In this document: one piece after another, positions 27,360-37,100 of the stretch
How positions within the stretch are numbered: the stretch's first letter is position 1
Layout: the number at the start of each line of letters is the position of its first letter
Assembly (NCBI GenBank): GCA_024279495.1
Contig: JAJRRL010000004.1
Location: forward strand, 3,432 to 67,431
Origin: Gammaproteobacteria bacterium
Lineage (GTDB): Bacteria; Pseudomonadota; Gammaproteobacteria; JAJRRL01
Length of the DNA stretch: 64,000 nt
Direction of reading: 5' to 3'
Program-made: the position numbers and the translations under genes
The notes under the pieces: generated by a model
Database searches by the model: none
Told to the model about the DNA's origin: nothing
What the model saw: the letters and a program-made list of their open reading frames with translations, nothing else

Positions 27360-30300
27360 TGAGCGTATTAGAAAAAATCTCATCCAGCATAAGCAGTGTT
27401 TTTAATTCATTTAGCATGCTGGCAAGTACCTCATTAAAGCAAACAGTAGCGTCGTATTGTGATTTGCAAACAGCTGATAGTGATATTACATATGTTACTA
27501 ATTCAGGCGCATTGGTATCTATTTTAAAATTAGAAGGCATTACCCATTTGGTAGGTCAAGCTGAATTTGATCAGGTCATGACGGCCATGCAGCAATCTTT
27601 GCAAGCAGTCATGTCGCAGCCAGGTCATTACATGCAGGTTTATTTTGAATACGATAACGAGGCAGCAGCAGAAGAGATTCATAGAATTTTAGAGCCTGCC
27701 GCTCGTACAGCTAAACGCTTGGATATGTCTTTAGAAGATTTATTTTCTGAGAGAGAGAAGTTTATCGCGTCTTACTGTGCTAGTGAGTCTGTGTTTTTGG
27801 TATTGACTTCAAGTATTGAAGCACTGACCAGAGAGCAAGCGAAACAAAGCATCAAGAAGCGTATGAAAGATGCGAAGGAGATGAATCAACCTCCGATCAA
27901 AGTGACTCAAAATGTGTTTGCAGCAGCAATGGATTTGAGAGATCAGCACGAATCCTTTATTCGCTTGGTTGAAAATGATTTAAAGCTTCAGCATATTGTG
28001 GCAGAAGTGTTGGATGTGCATACAGCCGGCAACTTTATTCGTCGCAGTGTTGATCCAGACTTTACTGATGAGTCTTGGAAGCCTGTGTTACCAGGCGATC
28101 GTGTTCGTGTGAAAATGCCGAAGCAACCAGTTACATCACTGATGGATTTGGCATGGCCACCATTGGCGCGTCAACTTATGCCTCGCGACGCCTTTAATCT
28201 CAACATGAAATACACCCAAATTGGCGATCGTGTTTATGCGTCTGTCTTTATCCACTTGTTCCCCAAAGATATTCAGCCTTTTTACCGCTTATTTTCTCGT
28301 ATGTTAATGGCTGAAATGCCGTGGCGGATTTCCTTTGATATTGCTAGTGATGGTTTAGCAAAAACAGGTATCAAGCGTATTTTATCGTCGATTTTGGCTT
28401 TTACTTCTTCGCAAAATAAGCTTATTAATAACTCCCTGGAGCTGCTAACTTACTTGAACTTAAACACAGATGATTCAGTTGTGAAGCTTCAAGTTTCTGC
28501 TGCTACCTGGGCGCCAGCTGATGAGATAGATTTGTTGCGAAGTCGAGTTTCTATGTTGGCAAAAGCGATAGAAGGTTGGGGATCTTGCGATGTATCTGAA
28601 GGTTGCGGTGATCCGTTTGCGGGTGTTGTTTCAAGCATGTTGGGTATTAGTAGTTCCAGTATGGCAACACCATCGTTAGCTCCTTTATCGGATGCTTTAT
28701 ACATGCTTCCTTTGTTTAGACCAGCGTCACCTTGGGAAAATGGAGCTATTTTGTTTCGTTCACCAGATGGCAAGCCATGGCCTTATCAGCCAGGTTCATC
28801 AAAGCAAACTACCTTTATCGATCTTGTTTATGCTCGTCCCGGTTCTGGTAAATCAGTATTGTCTAATGCCATGAACTTGGCCGTCTGTTTGTCTGCGGGT
28901 ATTAGCCGTTTGCCTCGTATTTCTGTGATTGATATCGGTCCATCATCCAGTGGTTTTATTTCATTGCTTAGAGATGCGTTGCCGATAGATAAAAAATCAT
29001 TAGTGGCTTATCACAGATTGCGTATGCATCCTGATTATTCGATTAATCCATTTGATACACAGCTGGGTTGTCGTTTACCTATGCCTCAAGAACGATCCTT
29101 CTTGGTGAACTTTATTAGTTTGTTGTCAACACCAATTGGCTCTGATAGAACCTACGATGGTGTGCCAGATATGGCGGGTTTGATTGTCGATGAGCTCTAC
29201 AAGCATTTCAGCGATGCAGGCAATCCAAATATTTACTCTTCTGGTATGGAAGAGATGGTTGACATCATCTTGGAAGAAATTGATTTTGTTACAGATGCGC
29301 AAACAACATGGTGGGAAGTCACCGATGCATTGTTCCTAGCTGGATTTATTCATGAAGCCATGTTGGCTCAAAGGCATGCTACTCCAGTGTTGGCTGATGT
29401 CACATCAATTTGTCGACTGACAGCGATTGAAGATTTGTATGGAAAAATTATGGCGCCTACGGGCGAGCCTCTTATTCACGCTTTTGCTCGAATGATATCG
29501 GGTGCTATTCGTGAATATCCCATTATTTCGCAGGCGACAAAATTTGATTTGGGTGATGCTCGAGTGGTTGCTTTGGATCTCGATGAAGTGGCGCGTAGTG
29601 GTGGTGATGCAGCAGACAGGCAAACAGCTGTTATGTATATGATCGCTCGTTATATTTTGGCGAGACACTACTACTTAACCGAAGACAATGTCTATGATAT
29701 GCCCGAAACTTACCGTGAATATCACAGAGAGCGTGTCTCAGAGATTAGAGAAGATCCTAAACGTATTGTGTTTGATGAATTTCACAGAACCTCTAATGCG
29801 CAGGCAGTGCGAAATCAGGTGATCGTGGACATGCGGGAAGGGCGTAAATGGAAGGTGCAAGTGGCTTTGTTGTCTCAATCATTAGATGATTTCGATGATA
29901 TTATGGTTGAATTTGCTACGTCAGTCTTTATTATGGATGCAGGTCCAGAGCAGGCTGTGCAGAAAACCAAGAAAACCTTCGGTTTATCCGATACAGCGGT
30001 GCAGGCATTAAAAGCCAATGTGCATGGCCCATCTGCAGCAGGTGCTACCTTCTTGGCTCAATTTGCAACCAAAGAGGGCTTGAATACTCAGCTCTTAACG
30101 GCTACCTTGGGGCCTATTGAGCTGTGGGCATTGAACACAACAGCAGATGACGTTTATATACGTAACCAGTTGTATCAACGTGTTGGTCCTAAAAATGCAA
30201 GAGCGTTGTTGGCTTCTGTTTTTCCACAAGGCAGTGCTACGAAAGTCTTAGAAGAGCAATATACGCAATACAAAGATGCCGGGAATTTAATGGATGAGTC

Positions 30301-30370
30301 TGGTAAGTCAGGTGTGTTGGTAGAAATGATTGAAGGGTTGGTAACGCGCTTTCATCGGAAAGAATATTAA
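27359..30370 (+). CDS. icmB: Dot/Icm VirB4-like ATPase IcmB/DotO
   Basis: ~1003 aa from ATG 27359, which overlaps the icmJ TGA by 1 nt. Walker A ARPGSGKS and Walker B-like VFDEFH. Canonical position. Confidence 0.92.
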   Translation: MSVLEKISSSISSVFNSFSMLASTSLKQTVASYCDLQTADSDITYVTNSGALVSILKLEGITHLVGQAEFDQVMTAMQQSLQAVMSQPGHYMQVYFEYDNEAAAEEIHRILEPAARTAKRLDMSLEDLFSEREKFIASYCASESVFLVLTSSIEALTREQAKQSIKKRMKDAKEMNQPPIKVTQNVFAAAMDLRDQHESFIRLVENDLKLQHIVAEVLDVHTAGNFIRRSVDPDFTDESWKPVLPGDRVRVKMPKQPVTSLMDLAWPPLARQLMPRDAFNLNMKYTQIGDRVYASVFIHLFPKDIQPFYRLFSRMLMAEMPWRISFDIASDGLAKTGIKRILSSILAFTSSQNKLINNSLELLTYLNLNTDDSVVKLQVSAATWAPADEIDLLRSRVSMLAKAIEGWGSCDVSEGCGDPFAGVVSSMLGISSSSMATPSLAPLSDALYMLPLFRPASPWENGAILFRSPDGKPWPYQPGSSKQTTFIDLVYARPGSGKSVLSNAMNLAVCLSAGISRLPRISVIDIGPSSSGFISLLRDALPIDKKSLVAYHRLRMHPDYSINPFDTQLGCRLPMPQERSFLVNFISLLSTPIGSDRTYDGVPDMAGLIVDELYKHFSDAGNPNIYSSGMEEMVDIILEEIDFVTDAQTTWWEVTDALFLAGFIHEAMLAQRHATPVLADVTSICRLTAIEDLYGKIMAPTGEPLIHAFARMISGAIREYPIISQATKFDLGDARVVALDLDEVARSGGDAADRQTAVMYMIARYILARHYYLTEDNVYDMPETYREYHRERVSEIREDPKRIVFDEFHRTSNAQAVRNQVIVDMREGRKWKVQVALLSQSLDDFDDIMVEFATSVFIMDAGPEQAVQKTKKTFGLSDTAVQALKANVHGPSAAGATFLAQFATKEGLNTQLLTATLGPIELWALNTTADDVYIRNQLYQRVGPKNARALLASVFPQGSATKVLEEQYTQYKDAGNLMDESGKSGVLVEMIEGLVTRFHRKEY

Positions 30371-30378
30371 GGTGAGTT

Positions 30379-32085
30379 ATGGTTGATAAAGTATCGGTTG
30401 TTTTAGATGATACGGGTCGTCGTGAAATTATTACGCCATTGAGAGGAGATGAGCTTTTAGGTTCATCTCGGCTTAATAAAGGCACGGCTTTTACCAATGA
30501 AGAGAGAGCTGCATTAGGTTTGTCTGGTCGTATTCCTGATTGTGTGGAAAGCTTAGAAGAACAAGTCGAGCGTTGTTATTTACAGTTCAAGCAAAAGCCT
30601 TCTGATTTGGCCAAAAACATCTATTTAAATGCATTGCTCGATACCAATGAAGTGTTGTTTTATCGTTTGGTGAAAACGCATTTAATTGAGATGCTTCCGA
30701 TTGTGTATACACCAACAATTGGTTTGGCTGTTCAGCAATTTAGCATGGAGTTTCGACGCGCAAGAGGTTTGTTTATCACGAATGTGCATCGAGGCCGGAT
30801 TCGTCAAGTATTGCAAAATCGCCAGCATGAGAAAGTAGATATCGTTTTGTTGACTGATGGAGAGGGCGTCTTAGGCATTGGTGATCAAGGTATTGGCGGC
30901 ATGGATATCGCCGTCGGTAAGTTAATGGTTTACACCTTATGCGCAGGCATTCCACCGGCTCGTGTGTTGCCGGTTCATCTCGATATTGGTACTAATAATC
31001 AAACCCTGCTCGATGATCCTATGTATTTAGGTTGTCGTCATCCACGTTTAACGGGTCCTGTCTACGATGAGTTGGTCGATGAGGTTGTGTCGGAAGTAAA
31101 AGACCTCTTTCCAGATGCTTATTTGCATTGGGAAGATTTTGGTAGAGATAATGCGCGGCGTTTTTTAGAAAAATACAGGCCAGAGCTTGCTACGTTTAAT
31201 GATGACATGCAAGGCACGGGCGCCACTGTGTTAGCGTGTGTGTTGGCGGCAGTGAAAGCAAAAGGTGAGTCGATCAAAGATCAGCGCATCATTATTTTTG
31301 GCGCAGGAACAGCAGGTGTTGGCATTGCAGATCAATTGTTGGCCGCGATGTGTGATGCAGGTTTAACGGCTGAAGAAGCGTACCGACAGTTTTACTTGTT
31401 CGATCGCCCTGGTTTGTTAACCGATGTTAGTGACGATGTGGCCGACTTCCAAAAACCGTATGTGCGGGATCATCGAGAGACAGATGCTTGGGATACAGTA
31501 CATGACGGCGAAATTTCTCTTTACGATGCAACAAAGCAAGTGAAGCCAAGCATACTCATTGGTTGTTCCGGCGTATCGGGAGCGTTTACCGAGCATGTGG
31601 TAAAAGCCATGTCTGAAGGTGTAGAACGCCCGATTATTTTGCCTTTGTCTAATCCGACGTCGTTATCGGAAGCTAAGCCAGATGATTTGTTAGAATGGTC
31701 AGAAGGGAGAGCTCTAATTGCGACAGGCAGCCCTTTTGAACCCGTGGACTATAACGGGCGAACTTACGTGATCGCGCAATCGAACAATGCATTTGTGTTT
31801 CCAGGCTTAGGCTTGGCTGTGATTGTGGCTAAAGTCAGTGGCGTGCCAGATGAGTTGATTCGAGTGGCTGCCGATGCTTTAAGTGAATGCGCGCCAATTC
31901 GAAAAAATATCGATGCACCTTTATTGCCAAGCTTTAAAGACATCGATGACGTCAGCTACCGCATTGCTGTTGCTGTGACTAAAAAAGCAGTGGAGATGGG
32001 TTTGTCTGACCTCACAGGTGATGTCGAAGAAGCCATCCGTCATTATTTTTGGCGTCCGGAATATTTAACCACAACAGCTTGTTAG
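30379..32085 (+). CDS. maeA: NAD-dependent malic enzyme
   Basis: 568 aa. Malic-enzyme signatures (VYTPTIG, FNDDMQGTG, GAGTAGVGIA). Starts 8 nt after the icmB stop. Confidence 0.92.
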   Translation: MVDKVSVVLDDTGRREIITPLRGDELLGSSRLNKGTAFTNEERAALGLSGRIPDCVESLEEQVERCYLQFKQKPSDLAKNIYLNALLDTNEVLFYRLVKTHLIEMLPIVYTPTIGLAVQQFSMEFRRARGLFITNVHRGRIRQVLQNRQHEKVDIVLLTDGEGVLGIGDQGIGGMDIAVGKLMVYTLCAGIPPARVLPVHLDIGTNNQTLLDDPMYLGCRHPRLTGPVYDELVDEVVSEVKDLFPDAYLHWEDFGRDNARRFLEKYRPELATFNDDMQGTGATVLACVLAAVKAKGESIKDQRIIIFGAGTAGVGIADQLLAAMCDAGLTAEEAYRQFYLFDRPGLLTDVSDDVADFQKPYVRDHRETDAWDTVHDGEISLYDATKQVKPSILIGCSGVSGAFTEHVVKAMSEGVERPIILPLSNPTSLSEAKPDDLLEWSEGRALIATGSPFEPVDYNGRTYVIAQSNNAFVFPGLGLAVIVAKVSGVPDELIRVAADALSECAPIRKNIDAPLLPSFKDIDDVSYRIAVAVTKKAVEMGLSDLTGDVEEAIRHYFWRPEYLTTTAC

Positions 32086-32105
32086 GGGTCTTTTTTTTAA
32101 ATGTG

Positions 32106-33302
32106 TTAAGCTGATTTAAAAGCGATAATGCCTGAGACCAACAAAATGAGACCTAACATAACAACTGGAAGTGGGATAAAAATTGCGGCTACCGCCCCAC
32201 CGATGGCTGCTGAAGAAGACTCTCCAAGTACTAATAGAGCTTGATTATTCCCAAGCACCTGCCCTTTCTCGTTAGGTTCTGCATGTTGCGATAGCCAGGT
32301 GGTACAGGTTGGAAGCGCCATGACAGTAGGAATAACTGCCACACCGAAGGTCAACCAAATCCAATTAAACTGGTTGGGGATAATAATTAAAAGAGTTGAT
32401 AGACCACCAATAATAAGTAAGCTGGTAAGCAAATTTTTGCTTGAAAATCGTTTGGCTAATTTATCTAAAACAAGTAAATTAGCCAAGAAGCAAAGCAGTG
32501 ATACAAAAGAAATGAGAAGGGCGTAAACGTGAAGAGAAGGCTTCCATTGATCCATCACGTAAAGCGGAACAATACGATATAGGCCCATGACAGCAAAGAA
32601 AATTAAAAAGTTGACTAGGTATATTTTAGATAATTTAGGTTTTCGAAAAATGGATTTAATCGATGTTATTGCTGTTAATAGTTTAATGCGAGTGGTGTTG
32701 TTTGGGATAAACTCATCGTGGAAGCGCCACGCTATCCATATAATTAGAAAAACAATGCCAGCGGAGGTAATCCAGAAAGGAGTGCTATAATTAAAGAGAC
32801 TTCCACTGGCGCCACCAACTAAGGGGCCAATAATATAACCTAAGCTACAAGCACAAAAGGCATAGCCCATGAGTTTCGATGCTTGAGCAGAGTCAACAGG
32901 TAGGTCTGCAATAACGGATTGAGAAATAGCCATGTTGGATTCACATAGGCCTGTTAGAAAAGCGAAAAGAAATAACAAACTGATGCTGTGTATTACAATG
33001 CTTAGTCCCATTCCTAGAAAGCCAAGGATGCACAAGGCGAGGCTAATCAGCAATATTTTCTTACGCCCAAAGTGATCTGATAAGTTACCAATTATAGGGG
33101 AGGCTAAAAACTGCCCAAGCGGGTACATAGCTAGCAAAAGTCCGGATAATGCTCCTCTTGCTGACATGGATGTACTGATGGGGAGTATTAAAGCATGCTT
33201 GTCTAGTAGCATGGGAATAAATAAGGTGAGGGTTAAGGCGTATCCGAAAAAGCCTAGAAATATCACACAGTAAAGGGGAAGTAATTTATGAAGCTTAATC
33301 AT
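32106..33302 (-). CDS. MFS transporter (drug/H+ antiporter-like, 12 TM)
   Basis: 398 aa, highly hydrophobic. MFS motif A-like GNLSDHFGRKK between TM2 and TM3. Confidence 0.85.
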   Translation of the reverse strand: MIKLHKLLPLYCVIFLGFFGYALTLTLFIPMLLDKHALILPISTSMSARGALSGLLLAMYPLGQFLASPIIGNLSDHFGRKKILLISLALCILGFLGMGLSIVIHSISLLFLFAFLTGLCESNMAISQSVIADLPVDSAQASKLMGYAFCACSLGYIIGPLVGGASGSLFNYSTPFWITSAGIVFLIIWIAWRFHDEFIPNNTTRIKLLTAITSIKSIFRKPKLSKIYLVNFLIFFAVMGLYRIVPLYVMDQWKPSLHVYALLISFVSLLCFLANLLVLDKLAKRFSSKNLLTSLLIIGGLSTLLIIIPNQFNWIWLTFGVAVIPTVMALPTCTTWLSQHAEPNEKGQVLGNNQALLVLGESSSAAIGGAVAAIFIPLPVVMLGLILLVSGIIAFKSA

Positions 33303-33477
33303 AGTTTTTTCCTATCGATGCCGCTGAATCTTGGATTAAGTATAGCTGTTCTGTTTATGCTTTGTAGCACGCATATTAATAAGAGGCTTCTCCTCTTATT
33401 TGGTTGAATTAAAGGGGAGTATTCTAGTAGTCCTTTATTGATGAAGCACGAGTAGTAATGAGTAAATCACTTTAAAT

Positions 33478-33598
33478 GTGTCACCTCCAGAAACGAAGTG
33501 ACGTAGGGGGCCTAGCTTCGATCCAGTTCGCATAAAATGCGGACTAAAGATCTGTATAAATTTATATTTTTAAAAGCAGTCTGCAGATTTAAACTCAC
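33478..33598 (+). repeat. REP/MITE-like modular element, long form, copy A
   Basis: GTGTCACCTCCAGAAACGAAGTGACGTAGGGGGCCTAGCTTCGATCCA-GTTCGCATaaaATGCGGAC-TAAAGATCT...CTGCAGATTTAAACTCACA. About 90% identical to 33774-33896. Confidence 0.85.
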
Positions 33599-33611
33599 AA
33601 AAATGTTGGGG

Positions 33612-33699
33612 CTGGATCTTTAAAGATCGCTAGTTGTTACTTCGTAACAGCGGATCAAGCCTGGGTCCCCTACGTCACTGCGTTTCTGGGGATGACAAG
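33612..33699 (-). repeat. REP/MITE-like modular element, short form (inverted orientation)
   Basis: Its reverse complement matches the 55221-55310 element almost base for base (TAGCGATCTTT.AAGAT / GTTGTTAC-hairpin / GGATCAAGCC / GTCACTGCG...GGGGATGACA). Confidence 0.85.
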
Positions 33700-33741
33700 T
33701 GGTGGGGATAGCTAGTTTTTCACGAGTATTTACGCTCCTCG

Positions 33742-33770
33742 GTTGTCACCCCCAGGAACAACGCGTCCCA
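33742..33770 (+). repeat. truncated REP-like head module
   Basis: GTTGTCACCCCCAGGAACAACGCGTCCC resembles the first ~28 bp of the family. Confidence 0.55.
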
Positions 33771-33773
33771 TAT

Positions 33774-33896
33774 GTGTCACCCCCAGGAACTTTTGTGACG
33801 TCGGGGGCCTAGCTTCGATCCAGTTCGCATAAAATGCGGACGAAGGATCTTTGTCAATTTATATTTTTAAAAGTAATCTGCAGATTTAAACTCACA
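33774..33896 (+). repeat. REP/MITE-like modular element, long form, copy B
   Basis: Direct repeat of 33478-33598, offset by 296 bp. Confidence 0.85.
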
Positions 33897-33904
33897 GCAA
33901 AGTT

Positions 33905-33965
33905 AGGTCCCACCCGCCTTCGCTGGGTGCAGGCTCTACGTCATTATATTCCTGGGGATGACAAG
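33905..33965 (-). repeat. partial REP-like element (inverted)
   Basis: Ends in CTACGTCATTATATTCCTGGGGATGACAAG, the head module in reverse orientation. Confidence 0.6.
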
Positions 33966-34172
33966 AGCTCAGGGCTATCTGATCATTTTCATCATATCTC
34001 CTTGTTTTTATTGCTATTTATTGAATTCAGAGGCTGATATCAATCTGGATATTGGTCTATTTTTGATCTATAGTGCTAGCTGGGTAGGAAAAGAAGCAAG
34101 GAGATAGGCATTGATTTCGCAGCTTATTTTTGACACACTTAGCAACATTGTTTAAGAAGGGTATTGGTTAGT

Positions 34173-37100
34173 ATGACATTAAAGATCTCCCCACAGCTGA
34201 TGAGTCGCTTGGGGCATTTGGAGCAAACGCTAGATAATACTTACGTGAAGCCTGCCAATCCTAATTGGCATGTTGAGCGCTTTCTCGCGGGTAATGAAAA
34301 ATGCTACCGCAATCCCAATACCAAGTTGGCATTTCGCCCAAACGTATTGATTCTCACGGATTGGAGCTATTATGATGAAAAGCCTGAGCGGCAGGAGCAG
34401 AAACGAGATGTATTATGTCAGCTCATTAAAGGGGATCTGGAATACCCCTTTGAGATATGGGTATATCACCATAAAAAGAAAAAACTGATTCAGTTAACAG
34501 AGAAAAATCATCAAGATGTGTTGTCAGATAGTAGTTTAAGTGACATTCGACGAGCGGATAAGGAAGTCATTGAGAAGGTGGCGATAGAAAGCCTTCCAGA
34601 AGGCTATAACAAAAGGCAGACTACCTTTTTGGATCATGTATTTATGGAGGAGCTTTTAAGGGGTGAGGAAATTGAGCCCTTCATTCCTTTTTCTTGTGTG
34701 CGTCATGGCTATTTAGACCCAAAAAAAGCAATACTTTCTATTCAAAAGGATATCCTATCGTTTTACCCAAATTATTCGAGAAAGCCCCTTAATATTATTG
34801 CAAAATCGTTCAGTGAAATTAAGTCAAGTAGTTGGAATACAGAAAGCATGGGTGTTTCAGCAGATAGGCTTGTGGAACGCGTAGAGGAAGTGAAAAAAAT
34901 CCCAACGATGGACGAATTAAAAAATTTGGATTTCACACAAGTGAAACGAATCAGTATTAAGTGGGATGAAGAGAAAGAAGAGGAGATTCACTACTTGCTT
35001 GATCATGCCATCTCCTGTGAAAGCCTGACCCTGGAGGGGAGCTCTTCAAACTTTCAAAATAGTAATCTAAAAGAGCTGGAAGTCTCCTTCGCTTGTTTCA
35101 AAAGTCTTAAATCTATTTCAGTAACGAAGCTTAAATTAACAGAGAGCTTTGTGGATCATCTTAAGGAGCAAACACAGCTAGAATCCCTAAGCATAGATAA
35201 ATGTTCAGGACAAGAGCATTTTGAAGCACTGGATCCTGGAAGTGTGTCGCATTTGAAAAAGCTATCGATAAAGTATCCAGCTTACTATAGTCGACCATCT
35301 GCAGCACTAGCGATTGGTCCAAAAGCCTTTAAGAGTTTGCTTTTGGCTGCAAACGCATTGGCTGAGTTTGAGATGGATTATTTTTCCGGCCATTACGAAG
35401 GTGTTTTTGATTCTGACGAGTGCTTTAAAGCTCTATATGAGGATCTGCCCAAGGGTAGGAAGCCTCTAGAGACCGTAAAGAAAATGTCGCTTAAAGTGGA
35501 AACAAAGTACTTGGATCGTGTGTTTCAGGTGTCTCAGCAATTGAGGGAGTTGGTACTTTATTCAATTACTGAAAAAGATGTATCACCAGATGATATCTAT
35601 ACCTTACCCAAGCTTGAGCAATTGTTCTTGCCTGGTTTTCAAATTTATAAGGCAAATGAAGCGATCGATTTTTTAAATCGATGTCCAAAGTTACGCTATT
35701 TATGCATGGGTTTGTCTTGTTACCTTAGATTTGAGAAAGAGGAATCTAGTGCGCTGCATCTCCCCCAATTAGAAAAGCTAAGGGTTTTTCAAAAAAGTAG
35801 CCATAGTGGGGGTATCTCAGAGCGAGCCCTTGATTTATTGTTAAGCTTACCTAGGCTTCGAGATGTTTGCCTTTCAAGTCTGAAGGTGGGTTCCAAAGAA
35901 ACCTGTAAAAACACTCATAAACTTCCTTTATTGATAGAAGATTTAGAGTTAAACGGTGTGACGTTTAGTGATTCTTCTACAGCAGCATCCTTGTTGAATC
36001 GAGTGTTGCGACTTAAAAGGCTAAAGATGAATTACACTAGCATTTCATCTGAAGATACGTCAGATAAATTGCCATTGGGTGGTTCTGAAAAAAAAGACGA
36101 GTTGAATCTAGAGGTACCAACTAGTGTATTGTCGTCTTTAAAAGAGCTCAATATAAATCTTAGCTCTGAAGCTATCCCCCTAGAGTGGAAAAAATACTTT
36201 TTTCTGATTCAGAAAAACAGATTTTCAGATGGAGTATGTGATTTTTTAAGAGACCAAGAAAATATTGTTTTTGATCTTCATCCTGGTGAACTTTCTCAGC
36301 TGAAAGAGATCACTGTTCCGGTGCTTGGTTTTCCTGAAGGTGAGGATCGATATTGGGGTCGTGGTCGTTCGCCGAATAAGTTCATTGATCGCTCGATAGA
36401 TTGGATTAATGCATCATCTAATATTACTAAGTTAACATTGAGTAATGATTACTCAGATTCCAAGTCAGGCGAACAAAAACATACAGAAACAAAAAATTCA
36501 TTATTACCTTTGCTTCACTTAAGAGACTTTAAGATTGAGAGTACTGTGCATTGGAATCCTGAGTTGTGGGGTCATATTAGGGGACTTTTGCTAAACGCAC
36601 CACAATTAAAGCGCCTTGTTTTGCCTTGGGGAAGCTATGATTCGATCAGTAAAGATGAAATAGATGGGCTTAGGCAAGATGTTCTATCTATTTTAAAGGT
36701 TCACCCAGATTTAGAACTGCTTGGTGCGCCAATGTTGATTAAAGATTCGAATGATTTAAAAGATTTTCAAGCACTCGCTCCCAATGCGGAGATTGTTAAA
36801 GATGTTACTTATAGAGATATTGAGCAAGAAAAAAGAAAAGAAAAAGAAAGAGAAGAAAAGCGGGAAAGAGAAAGAGAAAAGATGGTGAAAAGGCTCAGAG
36901 AGCCGAAAAAAAGTGAAAATCAGAGTGCGAGGGAAAATCATTTTAACAGCTCTTCGGGAGGGGCTGAAAAACTCAGGAAAGATGCTTTTAAGGCTTCTGG
37001 TGGAGGGGGTAAAAAAGCTAGAACAAGACAAGATTCAGAGAAATGTTTTTTAAGAGATGGTTCAGCTACTTCAGGTGCGCATGTACCTGCGGCAGTTAGA

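Noticed and set aside
33834-34037. 67-aa plus-strand ORF
   Set aside because: It lies within repeat copies B and the following partial element, so it is a spurious repeat-derived ORF.
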